The notes: generated by a model not told the origin, from the letters alone. 50,381 nucleotides of DNA from Verrucomicrobiota bacterium (GCA_038214755.1 JBBQRQ010000028.1:1-50381); one strand, 5' to 3'; shown: positions 36,701 to 46,289, counted from the stretch's first letter. Translations and numbers: made by a program.

Positions 36701-37863
36701 GAAAATCCTTTCGACTCAAAGCGCTGAGGATTGAAAAGCTCGATGTCGTGACGGGTTTTACCGTCCACGGCGAGATCGGCTAGAATCTCACCCACCACAC
36801 TGCAAAACTTAAACCCATGTCCAGAGAAGCCAGCGGCGATGGTGACTTCTTGATGCTGCGGGTGGAGCCCGATAACGAAGTTCTTGTCCGGCGTATTTGT
36901 GTACATACAAGTAACCGCATTCAACAACTCGCTGTTCAAACTTGGAATGAACTGCGCGATCGCACGGCGCATCAACTCGATTTCGTTTTGATGAACCATT
37001 CGGTCAATCGTTTGTGGCGTGCATTTGGAAACAATGGGGCCGCGATAAAATGAAACCTTTACTCCGCCATGCGCGCCTTCTGCAGCGGGAATGCCATAAG
37101 GCTGCAGCCCCTCTTCGCTTTCGTAAATGAACACTGGAAACCGGGTTGGAAGAAACGGCGCGATGCCGCCAATCGGATCAAACCAATAAAGCACTTGCCG
37201 TTCTACCTCCAAAGGAATTCCCAATTCGGCCAACACATTCGGCGCCCACGGACCAGCCGTGATGATGAGTCGTCCGGCTTCATACGTTTTTCTTCCTGTG
37301 GTCACTCGCACACCATCCGGCATTGCCTCCCACGCGAGGACTTCCTCCTCAAACCGGAGTGTCGCGCCGAGTTGTTGGGCGCGATCCAGGTGAGCTTTGA
37401 TGGATTCCTCCGGTCGGATAAATCCTGCGTTCATATCAAACAATGCTATGGTGTCAGGACTGGGTTGTAACGGCGGGAAACGTTTGCGAATCTGTTTGGC
37501 GTCCAGAATTTCATGAGGAAGGTTGTGTTCCTTTGCGCTACGAATACTTCCCGTGACAACCGAACTTCCCGGTTGCCCCATCATCAACCCGCCAGTCAAC
37601 GTCAATAAATCTCGACCAGTATCGCGTTCAAGTTCATGCCAGAGTTCGTAAGCGCGGAGTAACAGAGGAACGTAAGCAGTATCTTCGTAGTAAGCCTGGC
37701 GAATGACTCGACTCCTGCCATGACTAGAACCTCGATCATGCGGTGAGGTATACTGTTCCAATCCAAGAACGCGTTGTCCTCGATTCGCGAGGTGATAGGC
37801 TGCGGCACTACCCATTCCACCAAGCCCGATGACGATCACATCCAATGTTTGCCCATTACTCAT
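36697..37863 (-). CDS. solA: N-methyl-L-tryptophan oxidase / monomeric sarcosine oxidase family flavoprotein
   Basis: 'VIGLGGMGSAAAYHLA', 'GSSHGRSRVIRQAYYE', 'CMYTNTPD', 'GFSGHGFKF'. Confidence 0.88.
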   Translation of the reverse strand: MSNGQTLDVIVIGLGGMGSAAAYHLANRGQRVLGLEQYTSPHDRGSSHGRSRVIRQAYYEDTAYVPLLLRAYELWHELERDTGRDLLTLTGGLMMGQPGSSVVTGSIRSAKEHNLPHEILDAKQIRKRFPPLQPSPDTIALFDMNAGFIRPEESIKAHLDRAQQLGATLRFEEEVLAWEAMPDGVRVTTGRKTYEAGRLIITAGPWAPNVLAELGIPLEVERQVLYWFDPIGGIAPFLPTRFPVFIYESEEGLQPYGIPAAEGAHGGVKVSFYRGPIVSKCTPQTIDRMVHQNEIELMRRAIAQFIPSLNSELLNAVTCMYTNTPDKNFVIGLHPQHQEVTIAAGFSGHGFKFCSVVGEILADLAVDGKTRHDIELFNPQRFESKGFS

Positions 37864-38013
37864 CACTGAAATGAAACTACCGAACTGAACTCAGTCTCGC
37901 AACACCTGGCCGACAAAGATATGGAAGGCCAACTATTAAAATCGATTGGTAGAAAAAATATTGTGTCACCAAAAAACAAGTCTTACTCTTCGATTCAATA
38001 AATTCATTGACGA

Positions 38014-38712
38014 ATGAAATTTACAATCATCGCCAGTCTGTTACTCGGATGCGTTCTTTCGAGCTTTGCGCAACCAAAGCAGAAGTTACAAACCACGAAC
38101 CAACCGGTAAAAGATCCCGCCTTTGATCGCATCACTGACACTCTGAACCTTCCGCGCATTTTGTTGATCGGCGATTCCATTTCCATGGGTTATACCGTTC
38201 CCGTTCGGAAATTGCTGAAAGACAAGGCCAACGTGCATCGCATTCCCGAAAATGGCGGGCCGACTTCCAATGGGCTGGCGAAGATGAAGGTCTGGTTGGG
38301 CGAGAGCCGATGGGATGTCATCCATTTTAATTTTGGCTTGCACGATTTGAGATTGGTCACTCCAGGAAAGCAACGCGTCTCGCCGGAAGCGTATGAAAAA
38401 AATTTGCGCGAACTGGTCCGGCAGTTGCAGGAAACAAAAGCGAAATTGATCTGGGCCACCACCACGCCGGTTCCTCCCGGCCCATTCAGCACACTTGGAC
38501 GCGCCACGGAAGACGTGCCCATTTACAATGCAGTTGCCGCAAAAGTCATGGAGGAGAATGGAATTGTCACTGATGATTTGTATGCTTTCGCATTGCCGCA
38601 GTTATCAAAAATTCAAAAACCGGTGAATGTTCATTACACCGAGGAAGGTTATGAAGTGTTAGCCAAAAAAGTGGCGGCGAGCATTGAACCATTCCTTCCA
38701 AAATCGAAATAA
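38014..38712 (+). CDS. Secreted SGNH/GDSL hydrolase (esterase)
   Basis: Signal peptide; 'LLIGDSISMGY', 'HFNFGLHD', 'NVHYTEEGY'. Confidence 0.88.
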   Translation: MKFTIIASLLLGCVLSSFAQPKQKLQTTNQPVKDPAFDRITDTLNLPRILLIGDSISMGYTVPVRKLLKDKANVHRIPENGGPTSNGLAKMKVWLGESRWDVIHFNFGLHDLRLVTPGKQRVSPEAYEKNLRELVRQLQETKAKLIWATTTPVPPGPFSTLGRATEDVPIYNAVAAKVMEENGIVTDDLYAFALPQLSKIQKPVNVHYTEEGYEVLAKKVAASIEPFLPKSK

Positions 38713-38747
38713 GAACCCCCGTCGCAATGTCCGACGCGCTTCTTGCT

Positions 38748-38775
38748 AAAGCGGCGACATGTCTCCGCACTCCAA
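38748..38775. repeat. Single REP-like unit AAAGCGGCGACATGTCTCCGCACTCCAA
   Basis: Same family as 35649-35774; lies between convergent genes. Confidence 0.6.
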
Positions 38776-38792
38776 GTCCACCTCACCTTTCT

Positions 38793-41700
38793 TTACGGTG
38801 TTCGTTGGAGCCGATAGGTGCGGCTATTGAAGTTGATCGTTTGCGTGTCTGTGAAAGTAGTTACCCCATTGGTCAATAGGTTGGTCTGGAGCGGAAGCCA
38901 GTTCAATAGGTTGGTCGCGGCTTGGACGATGTAACTCTGACCCGCGCCGCCGGAGATGGTGAACTGGAATGGTCCGTTGCCCAGTCGTTGAGGCGAACTG
39001 AGGAGGAAGGGCTGAACGGTATTCGGGCTGGCCGCAGAGTAAGTGAGTTGGTCAATATACAAAGTGATCGCATCGCCGCTGTTCGCTGCGCCCAATCCGC
39101 CCGTTAGCAAACCATATCCATTGAAACTTGCTCCGGTATTACGTTGGGCTGCGGTTAGGTCTTGAGTCAACGTTCCCAAAGAAACACCTGAACTGTTAAA
39201 CACCTGCACAGTCAGCCGCCCTTGGCCGTTGACTCCATTGGTTGGATTGTAATCCGCCGTGAACTTGTAGCGGCTGTTGCCCGGCGTCAGGTTAATAACG
39301 GCAGAAGGCTGGACAGTTGCGCCGTCACTCAAGGCAAAGGTTGGTCTCGCTCGATAGGTTCCCTGTCCACCGCCAACGGGTTCGGCTATGGTCAAGCCGA
39401 GAACATTCTTCCGTAAAACAGCGCCCCCGTCTATGGTGTTAAAAAATCCAAGCATCACTGCGTTATCGTAGAGCGGATTGGTGCTCGCCGCGGTAATAGC
39501 CAGTTCACCATCGGCATGCAGTGTGTTCGTCAGAGTAAAGGTTGCGCCCAGTGTTGTATCACCATAGAAGGAGACATTGACAGTGCGGGCGAGAACATTC
39601 CCGCCTTCACCTGCCGGCGAACCAAACCCCGTGTTGTCCGAATTGGAAAAGCCAAAATTATTTCCGTTGTTTGTATTGCCCACGCCAGTCCAGCCGTGAG
39701 CCAGCACATCGGAAGCATTATCAAATGGTTCCGTCGCTTGAGTCACTGCCGTCGCGTCATTGTCCGCGATTATTACGGTGGCGCTGCTCGGCGAACCCAC
39801 TGTGTAACCGGCATTGGCAACGAGCGTCAGCACCACGGTCTCGTTCCCTTCGACAAGGCTATCATCTATTGGAGTAACTATGATATTCGTGCTACTAACT
39901 CCAGTAAGCAATGTTATCGAACCCGGAAGATTGGCATAATCCACTCCGTTACCAGCCGTGCCGCTAATCGTATAAGACACGGTCAAGTTGCTGCTCGTGC
40001 TTCCAATCCGGTTCACCGTCAACACGCCGGGCGTGGACGGCTCGGCGGCATTGGGACTGGTGGCGGTGAGAGTTATAGTAGGTAGTGGCAGGGTGTTGAG
40101 AATGGCCTGATACCAAACTTGAGCCATAGACTGGTAACCTGCGGCAGTGGGATGAACGCCGTCCGCCAGATTGCCGACCAACGCGGTGTATTGATCAACA
40201 AGTTTCACAGTGATATTCGAGAATAGATTGGTGGGAATGGCGGACATGATAAAAGTATTATATTGCACGACTTCGTTGGTTATGACATCGCTGACGGCAT
40301 CGCCCGTCCACGCTTTGGTGATGGGTGGAGTCGTAGAGACCAGCACCTCGATCTGAAGTCCCTGACTGGCGGCTCGAACATCAATCTCATGCAACAAGGA
40401 TTGAAGGCAGGCAATGCAGCCTTCGGCTATCCAATCCTGGCCTTCGCCCTGACCATCGTTATTGAGGTCGGTGTTGAAGCTGCCGTGGGCGCTGTCAACT
40501 ACTTGGTGCAAGTGATCATTCACACCGATCAACAAGAGGATGATATTCCGCGTCGTCGCGTTAATAGAGAAGTAGGTGAGCGCCACAGCATTGGTCATCT
40601 CGTCATATAAGCCGCTTCGATTCTGGCCCTGTATGGATACATAGGATCGCCCGTCAATCGTGGCCGGGGTATCGGAGAGCTGCCAACCGCTCTTGCCCCA
40701 GTGGTTCGGGTCCGGGCAAGTGTCACCTGCCTGGGTCTTGGCTCCCACAAAATCGACGGTATAGCCGTTTGTCTGGAGCAAATTGTAGAGGGGAAGGCGG
40801 TAGCCGCCGGGTATGGTTCCCACTGTAATGGAATCGCCCATCGGCATGATTTTCAAGTTCGTAATGAAATCATTGTCCATGAGGGTGATGGTCGCATTGC
40901 TTGGCAAACCAATGCTGTATTCGGCATTGGCCGCGAGTGTGAGCAGCACTGTTTCATTTCCTTCCAACACATTGTCGTCTATCGGACTCACTGTCACTAT
41001 TGCATTGGATGAACCTGCCAAAATGGTCAATGAACCGGTAAGGCTCAAATAGTCCACTCCGTTGCTGGCCGTGCCGGTGATCGTGTAATACACCGTGAGG
41101 TTGCTACTCGTGTTGCCACTGCGGCTAATGGTGAATTGTCCCGGCGTAGATGGTTCGGCGGAATTCGGAATGCTGGCTGTGATCGTGACGATTGGAACAT
41201 CACCGACTAACCGGAACCGATCCATGGTCACAGATTGGTCTGTTCGTCCGTAGTAGTCATCTGAACCAACATGGCCCGAGACATAGATGGTGCCGTCGCT
41301 CGTTTGGATACTCCTGGGATAGTAACGCGATGAGTAACTCGGAACTCCGGTAATGTTTAAAACGTTCCAGGTGGCTCCACCATCATCGGTCCAGTGAATA
41401 CCTGAAGTGGCGATGTGCAAGATAGGACCTTCACGGGTAGCCAACAGTTCTGGATGTCCTGAGTGCGGGAATGGCGCAGGGCCATACTGATCCAATATCC
41501 AGGTGCTGCCTGTTTTGTGGAATCGGCCCTGGTAGCGGACTTGTTGCGATGAGTTGGTGGGATTGTTCCTCCGGAAAACTCCGAGGAAATCGCCACTGGG
41601 TAGTTCCGCGACATCCCATTCGTTCCATGCGGCATAATTGGTCTGAATACCACTCAACATAATGATCTGCGGATTCCAGGTCGCCCCGTCGTTGCTGGAA

Positions 41701-42383
41701 AACATCAGCACCGGTTCACCTAGTAATCTGGTCGCCGGGTTTGGGTTATAACGTTTTACTCCCGTGGCGAGAAGGCGGCCATCGCTCACGCGCCGGACCC
41801 GTCCAACGTAATCTGCAAAGTCACCGATGTAGTTAGTATATTGTGGGGGTCTTGATGGCTCGGGCGGGACTTCGGGAAGTCCCCAAGTCTGTCCCTGATC
41901 CATCGAGCGTTGGAAGTAGATCGTCCTCGGCACGGCATTGGAGGGAAGTTGCGAACCATCCACCGCACGGATAATGCCTCCATTTGTGAGGGCGCAATGC
42001 GAGCCACCCCAGACGGGACGGTCGGAGAAGCTGGAGAATGGATCTTCACCCACCTTGCTCCAGTTAACGCCGCCATTAGTCGAGCGAAGATAGATATTGG
42101 CAAGCTGAAGTCCACTATAGTCGTAGTTGGCATTGGTGCGGTCTACAATCTGTCCCGTTGCCTGATGACACATTGCTATAAGACTGCCATTGGGCATGAC
42201 CCAGGCTCCAACCCAGGAGGTATATCCAGGCGTTTGTGGAGAATGGTAGATGGTCTGCCGCGAATAATTATCAGCAATCCATGTGGCCGCGCGAGCCGAC
42301 GGGGTAGTGACTGCGAACCATCCGGCGCAGAGCGGAAAAAACGTCGTCGCCAGTTGACACGATACTTTCCTAAAGTTCATCAT
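38793..42383 (-). CDS. Secreted multidomain protein: BNR beta-propeller, Calx-beta, SGNH esterase, Calx-beta, uncharacterised domain and C-terminal export domain
   Basis: Asp boxes 'STNGGVNW', 'SMDQGQTW', 'SNDGATW', 'TDDGGATW'; Calx-beta 'GTASNGVDY...PIDDNVLEGNETV' twice; SGNH 'MPMGDSIT...GVND...DGVHP'; C-terminus 'RTYRLQ'. Confidence 0.88.
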   Translation of the reverse strand: MMNFRKVSCQLATTFFPLCAGWFAVTTPSARAATWIADNYSRQTIYHSPQTPGYTSWVGAWVMPNGSLIAMCHQATGQIVDRTNANYDYSGLQLANIYLRSTNGGVNWSKVGEDPFSSFSDRPVWGGSHCALTNGGIIRAVDGSQLPSNAVPRTIYFQRSMDQGQTWGLPEVPPEPSRPPQYTNYIGDFADYVGRVRRVSDGRLLATGVKRYNPNPATRLLGEPVLMFSSNDGATWNPQIIMLSGIQTNYAAWNEWDVAELPSGDFLGVFRRNNPTNSSQQVRYQGRFHKTGSTWILDQYGPAPFPHSGHPELLATREGPILHIATSGIHWTDDGGATWNVLNITGVPSYSSRYYPRSIQTSDGTIYVSGHVGSDDYYGRTDQSVTMDRFRLVGDVPIVTITASIPNSAEPSTPGQFTISRSGNTSSNLTVYYTITGTASNGVDYLSLTGSLTILAGSSNAIVTVSPIDDNVLEGNETVLLTLAANAEYSIGLPSNATITLMDNDFITNLKIMPMGDSITVGTIPGGYRLPLYNLLQTNGYTVDFVGAKTQAGDTCPDPNHWGKSGWQLSDTPATIDGRSYVSIQGQNRSGLYDEMTNAVALTYFSINATTRNIILLLIGVNDHLHQVVDSAHGSFNTDLNNDGQGEGQDWIAEGCIACLQSLLHEIDVRAASQGLQIEVLVSTTPPITKAWTGDAVSDVITNEVVQYNTFIMSAIPTNLFSNITVKLVDQYTALVGNLADGVHPTAAGYQSMAQVWYQAILNTLPLPTITLTATSPNAAEPSTPGVLTVNRIGSTSSNLTVSYTISGTAGNGVDYANLPGSITLLTGVSSTNIIVTPIDDSLVEGNETVVLTLVANAGYTVGSPSSATVIIADNDATAVTQATEPFDNASDVLAHGWTGVGNTNNGNNFGFSNSDNTGFGSPAGEGGNVLARTVNVSFYGDTTLGATFTLTNTLHADGELAITAASTNPLYDNAVMLGFFNTIDGGAVLRKNVLGLTIAEPVGGGQGTYRARPTFALSDGATVQPSAVINLTPGNSRYKFTADYNPTNGVNGQGRLTVQVFNSSGVSLGTLTQDLTAAQRNTGASFNGYGLLTGGLGAANSGDAITLYIDQLTYSAASPNTVQPFLLSSPQRLGNGPFQFTISGGAGQSYIVQAATNLLNWLPLQTNLLTNGVTTFTDTQTINFNSRTYRLQRTP

Positions 42384-42445
42384 AATGTCGGGTTCAACCA
42401 GTTAATTGATTCGCTCTCGGTCTTTCCTTAATCCGACGCCGAACC

Positions 42446-43624
42446 TTATTCTGAATTTAGCCGAAAAGAATCCATGACAATGGATTGATCTATTTTGCCG
42501 TAGGCATTGTCTGACCCGGAATGGCTGACGATGTAAATCCGGCCATCCTTGGCCTGAACACTCACGGGGTAGTAGTGTGATTTGATTGGGCCTTTTCGTT
42601 CCTTCGCCTCGAGGGAGTGCCAGGTCTTTCCAGAATCGGAGGTCCAGTCAATGCCGCTGGTAGCGATATGCAAAACAATTCCTTCACGCGTGGACAGAAC
42701 TTCTGGATGACCGGAATGTTCAAAGGGCGCGGGGCGATACTCGTCCAGAATCCAGCCGTCGCCTTTCTTTCGCAGGAGACCCTGCCAGCGAACTTGTTTG
42801 AATTTGACGCTCTTTGGATCGTTCCTGCGAAAGACGCAAAGGAAATTACCGTCAGGCAACTGTGCGCAATCCCACTCGTTCCATGCATAACCGCCATGCA
42901 TTTCCGGAGAGGGCATCTCGATTTTCTGAGGCTCCCATGTTCTGCCATCGTCCTTTGAAAACATGACCAAGGGATCGCCCATCATTCGTTTCCTGGGACT
43001 TGGATTGGTGCGAATAACACCGGTGGCGATCAGCCAGCCGTTAGTGAGTCGGCGGACTCGGGTGATACAGTCTCCAAAATCACCGAGATAGTTGTTAATA
43101 GGTCTTGAGGGTTCTGGTGGAACCTCCGGCTTTCCCCAGGTTTTTCCCAAATCCATCGAGCGTTGAAAAAAAATTTTCCTTGGCACAGAATTGGAAGGCC
43201 ATTGCGAACCATCCACCGCCCGTATAATTTCTCCATTGGTCAGCGCGCAATGTGAGCCACCCCAGACGGGCCGCTCCGAAGGACCATTAAATATATCCTC
43301 CCCCGTTTTAGTCCAAGTGACGCCGCCATTAGTTGAGTGAAGGTAAATATTTGCCAGAACCAGTCCGCTATAGTCGTAGTCTTTCTCCTTCCGCCCTTCA
43401 ATCGGACCAGTCACTTGTTTGAAGGTCGCCATCAGGCTATCGTCAGGCATCGTCCACAGACCCACCCATGAGGTGTAGCCGGGAGTTTGCGGCGAATGAT
43501 AAATCGTTCGATGAGTGAGTTGTTCAGCGACGAAATGCGTCTCCGATTTTTTCTTCTCTGCGGCATGGCAGAAATACGAAACGAAAACTGCGCCGGCAAA
43601 AATCAGAATGGCTCGGTGTTTCAT
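42446..43624 (-). CDS. Secreted BNR/Asp-box sialidase-like beta-propeller protein
   Basis: Signal peptide; 'STNGGVTW', 'SMDLGKTW', 'SKDDGRTW', 'SDSGKTW'; paralogous to both neighbours. Confidence 0.85.
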   Translation of the reverse strand: MKHRAILIFAGAVFVSYFCHAAEKKKSETHFVAEQLTHRTIYHSPQTPGYTSWVGLWTMPDDSLMATFKQVTGPIEGRKEKDYDYSGLVLANIYLHSTNGGVTWTKTGEDIFNGPSERPVWGGSHCALTNGEIIRAVDGSQWPSNSVPRKIFFQRSMDLGKTWGKPEVPPEPSRPINNYLGDFGDCITRVRRLTNGWLIATGVIRTNPSPRKRMMGDPLVMFSKDDGRTWEPQKIEMPSPEMHGGYAWNEWDCAQLPDGNFLCVFRRNDPKSVKFKQVRWQGLLRKKGDGWILDEYRPAPFEHSGHPEVLSTREGIVLHIATSGIDWTSDSGKTWHSLEAKERKGPIKSHYYPVSVQAKDGRIYIVSHSGSDNAYGKIDQSIVMDSFRLNSE

Positions 43625-43664
43625 AAACAAGTTGAAAGGAAATATATCGGCGACTTTCTCAACC

Positions 43665-43703
43665 GAACATGCAAAAACTGATTGATTGCTTGATAAACGT
43701 GAA
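43665..43703 (-). promoter_or_regulatory. Putative AraC-type operator, site 4
   Basis: TTCACGTTTATCAAGCAATCAATCAGTTTTTGCATGTTC, ending about 41 nt before ATG 43624. Confidence 0.55.
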
Positions 43704-43740
43704 CACTTTCCGCAAGAAATCTGCTAGTTCTTCCATGTCC
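43702..43740 (+). promoter_or_regulatory. Putative AraC-type operator, site 5
   Basis: AACACTTTCCGCAAGAAATCTGCTAGTTCTTCCATGTCC, ending about 60 nt before ATG 43800. Confidence 0.55.
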
Positions 43741-43799
43741 TGCGTTTGAAAATTGTGGCATTGATGCAACCTCATTTACAACGCAGCCAATTAAAAATC

Positions 43800-45014
43800 A
43801 TGAATTCCAAATTAGCGAAGGCAACGACTTATACCGCACTGGGCCTCCTTCCTTTCGTCGCCATTTGCCGAGGAGATGATTCGACTAAACAAAAAGAATA
43901 TTTCGTAGAGAACTTCGCGCGCAAAACGATTTATCACTCGCCACAGACGCCCGGCTACACTTGCTGGCTCGGCACATGGATCATGCCGAACAAGGATTTG
44001 ATGATTACGTTCACCCAGAACACGGGCGAAATTGATCCGGCACACCGCGCTTCCGATGAATTGAGAAAACAATTTTATCCGCACCTCGAAAATCCGATGC
44101 GCGACGCGACGACATTGAATAAGAGCAATTTGTTTTTGCGTTCAAGCGACAAAGGCGCGACGTGGAAAGAACTCGGCGGATTCCGATTTGAAGGGCCGTT
44201 CGCCTACTGTTCGCCGGGGGGCCAAGACATAGTATTGAAAGACGGAACAATTTTGAAAGGCGTCTTCGGTTACTTCCAATTGAGGACATCAGGAGCGCCT
44301 CCGAGCGCATATCTAATTCGTTCCTCCGACGAGGGAAAAACCTGGAGCAAACCTCAAGTGCTGGGAGATCCTTCGAAGGACAACATGAGGTTGACGCGAA
44401 TTCGCCGATTGCGGGACGGGCGGTTGATTGGGACTGGCGGTCGCGCGCGCACCCCGAGCACATCTCAAATCAAACAAATTTGGGACCTTTGGGAACCGTT
44501 GCTTTTAGTTTCCGATGACGACGGGAAAACGTGGGCCGGGCCGATTGAAGTATTGAATGCCGAGCAACGCCAAGGTTGGAAGTGCGAAGAATACGACACG
44601 GCGGAGCTACCAAACGGCGACCTCGTTTGTGTCTTTCGCAGATTGGATCCGGCGGATGGAAAAACTCAAGTGCGTTGGCAAGGGCTTCTCAAGAAGGACG
44701 GGAAAAACTGGAAGATAACAAAACTGAAACCTTCGGTATTACCGCACTCGGGCCACCCCGAATTATTGATGACGAAGAAAGGTGTGGTTTTGCACATCGC
44801 GACCAGCGGAATGCACTGGACTGAAGACGGCGAAACTTGGACGCCGGTGGAGTTCCCCACTTTGAAAGAGGGCTACCATTCTCGCTATTACCCAAAAAGC
44901 CTTCAGACTGACGACGGCACAATTTATGTCTTCGGTCACGTCGGCTCGGACAATGATTACAAAGCCAGAGACCAATCGATTGCCATGGAGACATTCAAGT
45001 TGGTAAAAAAATAA
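43800..45014 (+). CDS. Secreted BNR/Asp-box sialidase-like beta-propeller protein
   Basis: 'SSDKGATW', 'SSDEGKTW', 'SDDDGKTW', 'TEDGETW'; shares 'TIYHSPQTPGYT' and 'HSGHPE' with its neighbours. Confidence 0.85.
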   Translation: MNSKLAKATTYTALGLLPFVAICRGDDSTKQKEYFVENFARKTIYHSPQTPGYTCWLGTWIMPNKDLMITFTQNTGEIDPAHRASDELRKQFYPHLENPMRDATTLNKSNLFLRSSDKGATWKELGGFRFEGPFAYCSPGGQDIVLKDGTILKGVFGYFQLRTSGAPPSAYLIRSSDEGKTWSKPQVLGDPSKDNMRLTRIRRLRDGRLIGTGGRARTPSTSQIKQIWDLWEPLLLVSDDDGKTWAGPIEVLNAEQRQGWKCEEYDTAELPNGDLVCVFRRLDPADGKTQVRWQGLLKKDGKNWKITKLKPSVLPHSGHPELLMTKKGVVLHIATSGMHWTEDGETWTPVEFPTLKEGYHSRYYPKSLQTDDGTIYVFGHVGSDNDYKARDQSIAMETFKLVKK

Positions 45015-45047
45015 ATCGCGAAAAGCGCCGATAGATGATCGGACGGT

Positions 45048-45974
45048 TTACGGGATCTTGTTTGGTTTCTGAAATTTGGTGGCAAAGAGAATCGCGTTGG
45101 CCGCGCTAATTCGCGCGTCCGGATTTTCATCTGCGAGCAAGGGCCTCAAATGCGACACATCCTGTTCCTCGGCCCGGCCAGCGAGAGCCGTGCAAGCCTC
45201 ATATTTTTCTTTGGGCGTTCCGTGTTGCAAAAAGTCCCACAACTTTTTTCTGAACTTTAATTGGCTGGAGTTTTTGGTCAGCCATAACCCGGTTCCAGCG
45301 AAATAAACTTTTGCTTTGGATTTTTCATTTTCAGCAGAAGCGAGCTTCAGAAATTGGCGACGCGTTGAATCAGAAACTTTCGGCAGGAATCGGAATCCAA
45401 AAGCGGCGAAACCGCGCCCATCAATATCTTCCATCTGACAGGACTCCAGCAGAGCTTTTTCATAAGCCACATTGCCGGCACGGGCCAAAACCCACTCAGC
45501 CAAAACGCGCTCAACTCCCGACTTTGTCCGCGCATAATTTTCGATTTCCTCGTCACCGTTTGTGCGCACGGCATAGTTCAATTTCCCCAAACTTTCCAGT
45601 GCGTGGGAACGGTCTTCGCCAGAACGATCCATGAACGCGTCGCGCAATCTCGAAATCCATTTCTCTCTTTCCTCCGGAGATTCCGCCGAGCGCGCCAGCA
45701 CGCGCCAGATGCCGATTCGATACGGCTTTTCCGATCCATGATTTTTCAATTCCTCCTCAAAGACAGCGCACGGATCTTCTTTGAAACCGTGTGCAATCAA
45801 AAATTCTGCCGCATGCACTTTTACAAAGAGTTTTTCTGTCTTGAGGGCATCTTGAATAATTTTCAGCGCCGTGGTGTGTACTTCCAGTTGCGACGAAGAA
45901 ACAGAATTTACCGATAATGACAGCGAGAGCATAAAAACAATTGGCAGAGCGAGTTGGAAAGAGGTTCGTTCCAC
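45048..45974 (-). CDS. Secreted HEAT/PBS-like repeat protein
   Basis: Signal-like N-terminus; helical repeats 'VKVHAAEFL', 'RSHALESLGKL', 'LLADENPDARISAANAI'. Confidence 0.7.
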   Translation of the reverse strand: MERTSFQLALPIVFMLSLSLSVNSVSSSQLEVHTTALKIIQDALKTEKLFVKVHAAEFLIAHGFKEDPCAVFEEELKNHGSEKPYRIGIWRVLARSAESPEEREKWISRLRDAFMDRSGEDRSHALESLGKLNYAVRTNGDEEIENYARTKSGVERVLAEWVLARAGNVAYEKALLESCQMEDIDGRGFAAFGFRFLPKVSDSTRRQFLKLASAENEKSKAKVYFAGTGLWLTKNSSQLKFRKKLWDFLQHGTPKEKYEACTALAGRAEEQDVSHLRPLLADENPDARISAANAILFATKFQKPNKIP

Positions 45975-46289
45975 AAGTAATTTTTATCGCAGAGATTTCC
46001 GATGCGACAACGACAAAATCAAAAAAACGCATCGTTATGATCGACTCGAGAAAAGCCTCATATTAGCGAGAATCCTCTGTTGCCCCATTCTCGTCGTAGG
46101 TTCCAAGACCTTTTGTGTCTCGAAGCGATGAGACTTACTGTGAAACCCCTTGGAAGGGGCCAATCGAAAAGATGGTCCCAAAAGGGGCTGCGCACTGGCG
46201 ACGAGAGCGAGAAAGGGCTCCGGGAACACGTCAAGAGAGTAGTGAACAAGTAACTGCGGTGGACTGACAAGATTCTGAGAGAGTGAGGG

